Of a stretch of DNA of 64,000 nucleotides, positions 40,018 through 49,429 are shown one piece after another. Numbering within the stretch: position 1 is the stretch's first letter; each line of letters opens with the position of its first letter. Source of the stretch: Takakia lepidozioides (lineage: Eukaryota > Plantae > Bryophyta); NCBI GenBank assembly GCA_030704615.1, contig CM060731.1, positions 88,722,001 to 88,786,000 of the forward strand, given 5' to 3'. Under the pieces are notes generated by a model that did no database searches, had not been told where the DNA came from, and saw only the letters and a program-made list of their open reading frames with translations. Both the position numbers and the translations under genes were made by a program.

Positions 40018-41377
40018 CCATTGAGTCCATTGGCAATGACACTTATTTTGTGATTACCAAGTTTAACATGAAGTACATGTCTGTTCATGGGTTGTTATTC
40101 ACTTTGCCATTCCATCCACATTCAACCTATGTAACCCACTCAATGGGACACCCATGGGCCGGGGTGACACACCGCAGGGTTACACTGTCTGGGGTTTCAT
40201 AACGTAACATAGCTCTACTTAGTGTAACTTGCATCTGTGGTACTCCACACAGTGTAACACAGATGAGTGTGAACCTCTTCAGTGTAACTCATTGTGGTGT
40301 AACTCCAAGTGTAACTATCAACAGTGTAACCCAGTATGTAACCCCATAGAATATTGCTGTCAGTGGTGTAACTCTGAGAATTATAAGTCGATGACTACAA
40401 TGTGACTACAGGGTCTGGGTTAGTCTGCCGGGGTTACATGACCCTTCAATACAGAGTGGGAAGATGTTGAAGTCGAGCACCTTTAGTCACCAACACTAGC
40501 CCCTGTATGTGTAACCCAATTTGTGTGTAACCCATGGACGTGTAATCCATGAGATAGATAATCATTCCGTTCAACCTATGTTATGGACCAGTGTAGCCCT
40601 CTGGAGTGTAACTTGTTGTTGTGTAACCCCAAGAAGTATGTATCCCGACCACATGTAACCCCCATTGATGTCACCCTATCGCATGTAACCCATTGTACAA
40701 TTTGGGGTGCACGCTATAAACCCCGATGCTACATCACCCCATCTTATGTATCCCCACGACACGTAGCCCTTGTATAGGTAACCCTGCCCACTTTCATTGT
40801 GCACAGTGTAACTTAGAACTGTGTAACCCTCTTGAGTGAGTGTAACCCAGAGTGTTGTAACTCCAAGAAGTATGTAGCCCGACCAGATGTTACCCCCACA
40901 CTATTGTGACCCCATCGTATGTAACCCATTGTACATAGCCCTCATGTATGTAACCCCATGTAGTATAAATCTGAGAACTTCAGTGCACAAACACTTCAGT
41001 GCGAAAAAAATAAAAAATAAAACAAATGCGCATAGTCGAGGTGGGGTTACATGCCACGAAAGTATACTGTTTCAGCAACGTGACCCTGACATAGCCAGGA
41101 AGGCCCAACCATGTAACCCTAGGCCCATTGTATGTAACCCATAAGTGTAACCCCACGTTGTGAGACCCGGCATGGTGTAACCCATCACTTATGTGTGAAC
41201 CCACAGAGTGTAAGCCCATTGCCCCAGGGCCCAAAGGTGTACCCAAGTACTTGTCTATGATTCCACTTCATGTAACCTTATAAGGTGTAACCCCATGTAA
41301 GCCCATTGCATGAAACCCAAACTGTGAAGTGTTACGAACAAACCACATAGAAGCAAAAATGCATCAAGAGACGCTAT

Positions 41378-42207
41378 TTATTTCTTTGGCCATCTGACCA
41401 AGTCTTTGTCCATCTCGTCACATAGCCAACTAATCATATGAGTACGGGAAGCTATCATGGTTGACTCGTTGAACCAACTTGCAGTAAACGCCCGCCTATG
41501 ACGGGTTCGATCTTCTGTGGTTTTCACATTGAACTTCCACTCCAAGTAAAATTGCACAAAACAAAGTGCATAATAGCCGCACTCCCAAAAGCTCCGTTGC
41601 TGGGGGACACTGGCCTCAAACCATTCCATCCTCTCCATGACGTAACTGAAGTCATCAGATCCAGGCATGAAATCAAAGAACGCTATGGCAAAATTTCGCA
41701 AAATTCCTTCAATGAGTTTGGGTCGGGCAATGGTTTTATGGGAGTCCAAATGTACTATCCGACCTCGGCGCTCTAAAATAACAACACTCCAGTGATCACT
41801 GCAACACAAACAAAGCCGTTACGTCATAATAGAAAAAAACATCTCCAATGAAATCCATTGTGGTGTAACCCGGCTATGGTGTAACCCAGTAGTGTAACCC
41901 TTTGTACTGTAACTCTAAACGGTGTTACACAACTAGTCAGCAGTCACTAGTGCAACTCAGTCTAGAATAGAGGAGTGTAACCCAACATGCTCAGTCAACG
42001 CTGAAATTACTTACTCGAAGACAATAGGGATGACAACCACGTCCACAAGATCTCGATTCTTTGTGAACACCATCCCTCGGGCAACCTGAGTGTACCATTC
42101 TTGCACCAACCCGAATAGCGTCTGCAGATCGTTACCATTGGTACGCATGACATGCCATTGAAAAGGAGCACAGATGACAAACTCAGGTGCGATAGCCTTA
42201 AACAATT
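41378..42207 (-). pseudogene. Ulp1/peptidase C48 (SUMO-protease-like) domain carried by the MULE; 5'-truncated
   Basis: Two exons encode VDVVVIPIVFE / DHWSVVIL...IVHLDSH...VPQQRSFWECGYYAL, retaining the H-D-C catalytic triad and the oxyanion Q. Upstream it abuts the right repeat array. Confidence 0.85.
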
Positions 42208-42765
42208 TACAGAGGGTTACGTAGGTTACAGAGCCACAGAGGGTTTGTGAGGGTTACATGGTGGCGAGAGTGACACTCTGCGGTGTTACAGAGGGTTACA
42301 TGGAGGTAAGGGTTACACCTGGTGAGGGATATAGAGGGTCACAGAGGGTTACATGGAGGGAGGGTTACATGGTGGTGAGGGTTACAGAGGGTCAGAGAGG
42401 GTTACATGGAATGAGGGTTACATACGGGTGAGGGTGACACTCTGCGGTGTTACAGAGGGTTACATGGTGGTGAGGGTTACAAAGGGTCACAGAGGGTTAC
42501 ATGGGTTACAGAGGGTTACATGGAGTGAGGGTTACATAAGGGGTGAGGGCGACACTCTGCGGTGTTACAGAGGGTTACATGGGTTGCAAAGTGTTACAGA
42601 GGGTTACATGTAGTGAGGGTTACATAGGGGTGGGGGTGACACTCTGCGGTGTTATAGAGGGTTACATGGGTTACAGAGGGTTACATGGTAGTGTGGGTTA
42701 CACTCGGCGGAGTTACAAAGGGTTACATGGGGGTGATGGTTGAACCCGGGGCGGGGGTTACAGGG
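42208..42765 (-). repeat. Right subterminal array (GGGTTACA on + strand), inverted relative to the left array
   Basis: agagggttacatg units, the reverse complement of 34313-34950. Confidence 0.95.
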
Positions 42766-43403
42766 AACTGGCGGACTGCTGGAAGCGGCGGACTGGTGTC
42801 GCAGAACGACGACGCAAGGGGCGACGACGCCGATGGGATGAGGGCGGGGGTGGGGAGGGATTGACCGAGCCCAGCCGGCTGCCTTTCGATGTCTGCCGGA
42901 GGCGAAGAACCGGCGGTACGGGTGTCAGGGCTGGACCGTCCTGACGCGCTTGCATTAAGTTCTTACATTATTCCTATTATCTTCCTTAAACCAGAGTAGA
43001 GGAGATAAGTGTGCATCATATGATGGTGCTATGGCAGCATATTCAGCAACTTAAAATAGAAGCAACTTGAGCAACTCCGGCAAGCGGGTGAGGGTCATCT
43101 TGCCCAAGAAATAAACAACAAGATCCACACACATACATTCAAGCTAAGCAGGAGATACATAGACATGCATTTTATTTCCAAGTGAAGAACTTTACAATTT
43201 CTTGGCCTGCTGTACATCCACGGTCTTCTGCAAGAGATCTACTAACCGAGTTAGTACTAAGTGGGGGTCAGTTAATCTAATGTTTAGCGGTTGTAAGTTG
43301 TTGTGAGAGGACAGCTGAGGAGTATACGCCAAGAACAGCTAATGTATTTGCACAGCGAGCCCTGAGGAGGTGTGTTGTAGAAAGCGTTGAGTAGCAGAGA
43401 GTG

Positions 43404-44114
43404 TCAGTTGTGTCTACCTTCGGAAGTGCGACTGGACTGTGGTTTTGATCTGAGCACCCAAGTGTCGAGGTCGCCCTTTGTGTCAGCTGACACGATACAA
43501 ACTGAAGTGTAAATATCCCAACCTGCGGCATCCAGCGCGTCAATCAACCGCGCTAGAAACATGCGAGCGTACATGGTGTCAGTCCCAGACGCTGACCACG
43601 GCTGTCCGAGCATCTTGAACTCGGGCACCCCGTAGTAAGATCTCTCATCTTGCAATCCCTGTTTCCAGAAATTCTGGATGGTGGATCGTACCACCTGAGC
43701 CATTTCAACAGTGCCGTCTATCACCCGGATCGTATCACTTCTATTAAACGAGATTACGGACATGACCACGTTCGGCTCCGGAATCTGGCGCTTGAAATAC
43801 ATCGAGTCCTTTTGGGTTTCATGCTTGCTGATATCGGTTGTAATGAGGAGAGCCCAGCCTTCTTGCAGCATGAAGCGCAGGATGCGCGCAATGAGGTGAC
43901 GGGACTCGTTGGCTTCCTCGCTATTACCAGTCCATGGGTTGCCGTGAAGTTTGAACTGATGGGAGACGGAATAAGTTTTCTCGGATTGGATTCCTCCCTT
44001 CCAGGAGGATTGGATGACGGCCCGTATGGAATCAATCATGTTCTGTGGCAGATTCATGACGCGGATCTTATCCTTCTCGTGGAGAGAGATGCAAGTTGCG
44101 GGAACAACCACCAT
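43404..44114 (-). CDS. Intronless 236-aa uncharacterised protein built from two ~110-aa internal repeats
   Basis: Intact ORF. Repeat 1 (ISLHEKDKIRV..IQSSWKGGIQSE..FKLHGNPW..EGWAL..KDSMYF) aligns with repeat 2 (ISFNRSDTIRV..IQNFWKQGLQDE..FKMLGQPW..AGWDI..LDTWVL). Confidence 0.85.
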   Translation of the reverse strand: MVVVPATCISLHEKDKIRVMNLPQNMIDSIRAVIQSSWKGGIQSEKTYSVSHQFKLHGNPWTGNSEEANESRHLIARILRFMLQEGWALLITTDISKHETQKDSMYFKRQIPEPNVVMSVISFNRSDTIRVIDGTVEMAQVVRSTIQNFWKQGLQDERSYYGVPEFKMLGQPWSASGTDTMYARMFLARLIDALDAAGWDIYTSVCIVSADTKGDLDTWVLRSKPQSSRTSEGRHN

Positions 44115-45385
44115 GTTGGGGGATACTCGATGTCGAAATTTGTTCTCGGTGTTGTAGACTATGTGAAGGAGCTTGTGCTTGACAACCCACTTCTCTGTGG
44201 TGTTATATCAGAATTTGTCGCTTTGATAAAGCGTTGAAGTTTGAACTCGTTCGTTTCTTCAAGTGGTGCAGTACCGCAAGGGAGCCGCAAGTTTTCTGAA
44301 ACAGGTGCCAAGGAATGTCAGAGAACTCAAAGAAACAACTCGAATGAATCAGTTTATGCAAGTGTAAAACGCTATCCGTTCAATCTGCGGAAATCTCAGC
44401 TCTGTGTGGAGCGGCCTACCATATATTTGGCACGAGACGATTGTCCTGCTCAGGATATTCCAGTCTCTCCCAGTATCACCCCTCGTCGTTTTTTCTCTTG
44501 GTTCCTTTCCTTTCTTTTGTGTTCCGTGGGTTTAGGAGAGTAAAGGAAGGGACGGATGGAACACGGAGGAACAGGGAGTGTGGAGGGCTAAAGTCAACCT
44601 CTCTCTCTCCGGAAGTCGGTAGACCAGACAAGTACGTGCACTACACTCTTTGGGGTATCTCATGTGGGGCATGCTATTTGCGCGTACCGACACTCATTCA
44701 CAAAATACGTTACAACTTAGTGTGGACTACACTCCAACACAGGCTCGGAGACACCATATCGATTTGATACAATATTGACGAGTGTGCATCACAGTAATTC
44801 GTTGTGCATAATATCACTGTGGATGTTTGTGTAACTTCCTTGCAATTCTAGGGAGGGGGGAAGATGAGGCCGTACCGTCTCACCGCCGGGGTAACTTCCT
44901 TGCAAGTCTCAGTCCACATGATGGTAATTTCTGCGATCGTTCGTCTTTTTGACAACGGAAAGTCAGGTGCACGATTAGATTAGATTTGCGCGTCTTGCAC
45001 CGAGCCAGAGATTGACATGAATCTACATGAGAGTGTACAGATGAATTTCCTTTGTAATTCCTCAAAGGTGTTGTACATTCATGAAGGCCTGTATCTCAAA
45101 GTCGTCACACCACAGTATTATCCCTGTAACTTCGCAGTTCCAGCAATTGTAGAAGAAGGCAATTATCAAAGACTGGTCACCAAGTCTGCAAGTGATGCCG
45201 TCAATCTCCACCTACGTCTGCCCCATTGAATATCCTCTGTTGGAAGACTATCATATACAATCCTCGTACCATCGCTGCTCAGCCTCTCTCTCTCTCTCTA
45301 GATTATCAATTGCTGAGGTATCTCACAGATTGAAGCAGTCGAGGTTAAGCGAACAAGATGCGCTCCTCCGCGGCTCTTGCATATG

Positions 45386-45494
45386 ATGGATGAATGATCG
45401 AATGAAATCAATTGACGTCCACAGAGAAGGCCATCCATCCATTAGGGCTCTGCCTCCGTGGACGTTAATATCATTCATTCACTCATTCATCCAT
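45386..45494 (-). ncRNA. Candidate miRNA hairpin, possibly miR1073-like, downstream of the miR408 pair
   Basis: About 109-nt fold-back in which ATGGATGAATGA...ATTAACGTCCACGG pairs with CTGTGGACGTCAAT...TCATTCATCCAT. Candidate mature sequence UGAAUGAUAUUAACGUCCACG (45477-45457). The family assignment is from memory and unverified. Confidence 0.6.
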
Positions 45495-45620
45495 GATTTC
45501 ATGTATTATACCGTGCATCCAGGTTTGTACTCGTATTTTCGTGGTCTGCTTGAGAAGCCTGTCACCTGTACATAAAGAGCATCACTCCCAATGCGCAGAT
45601 GTGGAGGCAAGTGTTGTGAT

Positions 45621-45622
<2 letters not shown>

Positions 45623-45662
<40 letters not shown>
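45623..45662. repeat. (GA)n microsatellite, about 20 units
   Basis: Direct reading. Confidence 0.95.
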
Positions 45663-45663
<1 letters not shown>

Positions 45664-46097
45664 AAAAGTTGAAAGAAAACAGGTGACATACCTGGGTATA
45701 GTTTGAGATATCTGTCAACTAATTAGCTCAGGCAAAAGCCTTGGCAGGCTGATGAATCCAGGCTGCAAGTTTTGATCAAGATTAAGAGACAGTGTATGAT
45801 CAGAGAGTGTCAGTTAGACGCATATACTTGGGAAGTGAATAAGAGCGGAAAGAGTTTGGAGCCTGGAGGCACTTCGATGAGAGACATTGAACTCAGCTGC
45901 TGCAGATTCATTTTGTATAGCATCTAAGCTGTGAGTTGGTCTGGACAATAATCTGCAATTTCACTCTCTCGATACGCAGCATCACCGCATCATTTAACCT
46001 ACCCACATGAAGTCAGAGCTTTCACAAGCTTCAGCATAATTTTTGTTAGTTCTCTTGAATATTCCAAAAAAGAAACTCAAATGGACATGTGGCTCCA

Positions 46098-46240
46098 TTT
46101 TGGAGGGAGGGGGGGGAGAAGCCCGGGAAGAGGCAGTGCATGAGGGAGGATGACAGAACTTAGTCACTTTCTACACCTGTCAGGACTAATAGTCATGCAG
46201 TGCCCTGGCACCCTAGCTATAGCTTCTGCCCTCCCAAATC
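46098..46240 (-). ncRNA. MIR408: MIR408 precursor, variant copy
   Basis: 46141-46121 reads AUGCACUGCCUCUUCCCGGGC, one change from canonical miR408. It is a tandem duplicate of the adjacent hairpin, and its star arm has small insertions. Confidence 0.75.
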
Positions 46241-46271
46241 GAGGCCCAACTCACCTCTTGGACAGTGATTG

Positions 46272-46390
46272 GTGGGGGGAGGGGAGAGAAGCCAGGGAAG
46301 AGGCAGTGCATGAGGATGACAGAAGTAGTCACTTTCTACACCTGTCCTAGTCATGCAGTGCCCCACCCTAGCTTCTTTTCCTTCCCTCCC
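46272..46390 (-). ncRNA. MIR408: MIR408 precursor
   Basis: 46311-46291 reads AUGCACUGCCUCUUCCCUGGC, the canonical miR408, on the 3' arm. The 5' arm AGCUAGGGUGGGGCACUGCAUGA pairs with it, and there is an extended lower stem. Confidence 0.93.
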
Positions 46391-47439
46391 AAACCTTCCC
46401 CAACTTACTCTTGGGCAGTGAAATCTTCACCCCTGGATTTCCAGCTGGGGCACCCTGAATTTCGCAGCACAGATGTCGTTTCCCGATTGAGTTACACAGT
46501 CTCTACCGTTTGGTGGATGCGTCTAGTTGCGTTCCAATCAACCCTGGAGTCCGACATGTGAGAAGTTCTAGGCAGGAGTGCTGGGCTGTCAGGCCAATGT
46601 CCAGAAAAATAAGAGCGAATGCGACTCAGGAGCTTTTCGATTAAATAGCGGTCCGGGAGGTAAAAAGTTGAGTTCTTGAGGATGTCCGTCAAAATTTTGA
46701 ATTGAACTCACTTCCGTGGACTGCAGGATTGACAGGCGATGAGCAGCTCCTTTCTAAGAGGCATCCGTGGTCAAGTGGTCAGGCATCGCAGCAGGGCTCC
46801 CACACACAAGCAATCTCCTGACCTTCATAGTCCAAAGTCCTTCACCTCCCACAAACTTGCAAACCTTCTTCAATCGGTCCATCCATGCCCACCTCTATTC
46901 ATTCATGGAACTACCGGGCCCATAGATTGGTATTCAAACAACTCAGTGTAGATTGAACAGCATGTTGAAAGTCCTTTGGACATGAGGGCCAGGAGATAAG
47001 TGGTAATTGTGCCCAAGAGACCAGCAGCGATGCCTGTCCACTGGACAACAGGCGGATTCCAACCAGTAAGCCTTCAAATCACTGCACGGAAGATGATTAC
47101 ATGAAGTGTTCGGCAAGTATTCAAATGGTCCAAATTTCTCAAAAACTTTCCCCGAAAACTTGGGGTTGACCACTGGTTCAGTCCCCGGAGACCTGGAACC
47201 AGAAGATTTCCGAGAGACACCATCACAAAACATGGAAAGACAATCAGCAATTTGAATTTCAACACAGGCCAGCTAAAGCAGCAAAGAGATTTTTCAAGCA
47301 GCACACGACAGTGCATTTTAACCCGAGAAATCGGTACACAGATCTTGGTCCGACAATGATGAAGATCAACCACTAAAAACGTTTCACTCACTCTACATCT
47401 CTATCTCACTCCAGCGCAGCACGTTTGGAACCCATTCCG

Positions 47440-48030
47440 CGCACGAGTGAGTTAGATATAGTTGGATAGACCGAGAATGCATGGAGCCTCCGCCCATTTG
47501 TATGCTTGCGCCAGGAGATGAATCACGCTATCGGCGAGGCGTGTACTTCGATAGTACAAACAAAGAGACATAAAAATATACCGTGCTGCAGAGCACAAAC
47601 AAAATTAGTACAAGCTGCATTTTCTCAAGCACTGGGAGGATACAAGCTGAGAGCCATAGATTACAAGGCGCACTACGATTAGGAGCGAAACCCAAGACAC
47701 AAAGGAGGAAGACAAAGTCTGGTAGTACAGAGCAAGCTTCGGGTAGCATAGAAAGCGATAGAAACCAGACCGGAGTACTGTACTACGATGCTTTGGTAGT
47801 ACACGAGTTGGGAAGCAAGGGCTTGAAAGACATACACAGAAATGTACTACCATTATCTGCTAGTACAAGCTCTTCCAATGCCGAGGAACACGAAAATCCG
47901 ACTTCAGATGTTGCACTAGTTAACAAGAGGCAAATTCACATTGAAAGTATTTTAAATAAGAGAGAGCAGCTCTAGATATCTTCCACCCTTTTCCGGGAGG
48001 CCACAATGTAGTACATGTAGTACTAAGTAC
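47440..48030 (-). promoter_or_regulatory. Putative copper-response promoter of the MIR408 transcript: cluster of 12 GTAC (CuRE, SPL7/CRR1-type) motifs
   Basis: GTAC at 47543, 47554, 47608, 47725, 47775, 47780, 47799, 47844, 47863, 48011, 48020 and 48027, where about 2 would be expected by chance in ~490 bp. A TATA-like TATATCT lies at about 47454-47460 on the minus strand and a GTGAGT donor at about 47391. Confidence 0.7.
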
Positions 48031-48479
48031 TATCACCCCACTTTGTCCCCAATTTTAGGCAACATCTTCAGCAGGCGTGGGCAGTGATGTAGTTTTGTTC
48101 GCCCCTATTATGCCAATGAGTGGTTAACATGATGGTCAGTAGCATCTTGTGAGAATCGACAAGGGAGTCATTTACCTCCCACCCTATTCGAAAGTGTTCT
48201 TGTTGGGTTTAGATGAAGGTTCTCACAAGGGGTCCCCCTACGTTGGCGTGCTCCCTTTCTTTCACTCACTGCCCAAGTAGCGGATGCTCATGTGTGTGAA
48301 CAGTCAACAATCTCATTTGGGCCCACCGCTTTGTTGAGGAATGCTATGGATAGAAGTGACCATGCATTTTTTTTTAGTTGTGCTAGATCTGTACTTAGCA
48401 GTTGTAAGAGCTTCTTTCTCCTCTTCTGGCCCCCTTGGTGTGTGCAGCTGATGCAACGGATGGGCAGCCAGTCCTAGAG

Positions 48480-49100
48480 AGTTACGAGCCACCCGGCAAC
48501 AACTCACCTTGGACCAGAGATCTTTGGAGGAAGACACTGCCTCCTAAATTTGTTAATATCCGCTCAGCAACAATACCTATATGCACAAACCGAAAGTGTG
48601 GTTCATCGATTTGTTTGAGACTATAGCCTACCATGCCATGTCTCTCGATAATTTGCAATGAACCAGATTGGGAGGCGCAGTTTGTGGATCTACCCATCCC
48701 AAATTTTTTTTATGAGCTTGTTCAGCATTTGAATACTTGAAATATATACCTGACAAACCATTTGCAGATGTAGATGCAGGAGTGTGCCACCTTTTTCCAA
48801 CGCACACAATGCAGCCACACAAGCTTCTTGCAGAAACTCGTCCATCTTTGCCGAACAATCTTCAGCGACATTTGCTCCTCCAACACCTATCGTCATGTTA
48901 GCTGCTAGAATTTTGTCCTCTGTTTTGCATCTGGTAGGCTTCCTCCTCTATTCATTCCATTTCCTTGCTTCAATCTTCTCTTTGTTCTGCGCAGATCATC
49001 TCATCTTTCACGCTACCGCCTTTAGGATCGCCATCTCGCTATCGCCTTTTTCGTATGCACTCTCGTTGCAACCTGATCTCCTTGCAACATGTTTAATGTT
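48480..49100 (-). mobile_element. Replitron-type HUH (Y1) endonuclease transposase remnant
   Basis: Across frameshifts it reads MTIGVGGANV...FLQEACVAALCALEKGGTLLHLHLQMV...LNKLIKK/NLGW...PPNLVHCKL / HGMVGYSLKQIDEPHFRFVH. This gives the HUH motif HLH and a single catalytic Y in GMxGYxxK. Termini were not identified. Confidence 0.75.
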
Positions 49101-49429
49101 CGTTCTTCCATACCACCCGTCACTCTGCATGTAGTTTTTTTAGAACAATCAATTCTAGAACAATTGACACAAGTCGCAGTCGACAGGTACTTTACGTGCA
49201 TGAACCATCTTCCATTTAATAGATGTCGTCTTCCTACCGTCTTTTTCTGGACCCCCTTACACAACTTGGTTATCTCTTCAAATCCCTCTATGTCTTATTA
49301 TATATCCCTCTTTTTAATTCCTGGACCATCTTTTAGTGGATAGAACCCACGCAAACTTGGGAGGCTTATTTTCATATTCTGAAGCACTTGTTCCATTTGA
49401 TGATGTCGTGCACATAAGCATCGTGCCAC

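Larger units (their letters stand above)
34091..42985. mobile_element. Mutator-like element (MULE) with long TIRs, SWIM transposase and Ulp1-like protease (Kaonashi/VANDAL-type gene content)
   Basis: Near-identical inverted termini of about 250 bp start GGAAGATAATAGGAATAATGTAAGAACTTAATGCAAGCGCGTCAGG and continue into inverted TGTAACCC arrays. The two internal genes are convergent. No TSD is visible. Confidence 0.88.

Noticed and set aside
43650-44237. 195-aa plus-strand ORF, and 17474-18073 on the minus strand
   Set aside because: These are antisense shadows of real coding sequence on the opposite strand.
44495-44580. Short fold-back (GTGTTCCGT / ATGGAACAC) as a fourth miRNA
   Set aside because: The stem is short and driven largely by purine/pyrimidine bias, and it matches no miRNA I recognise.
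46151-46335. miR156-like TGACAGAAG in the hairpin loops
   Set aside because: Only 8-9 nt match and the rest differs from miR156; the hairpins are explained by miR408 on the opposite strand.
46490-47390. Possible L1 ORF1 (zinc-knuckle) remnant in the putative pri-miRNA intron
   Set aside because: Only a weak LDYEG..C..C..H-like pattern is visible across stops, too degenerate to call without a profile search.
47583-47975. 130-aa plus-strand ORF
   Set aside because: It has a non-ATG start and no recognisable domain, and it overlaps the GTAC-rich putative promoter.
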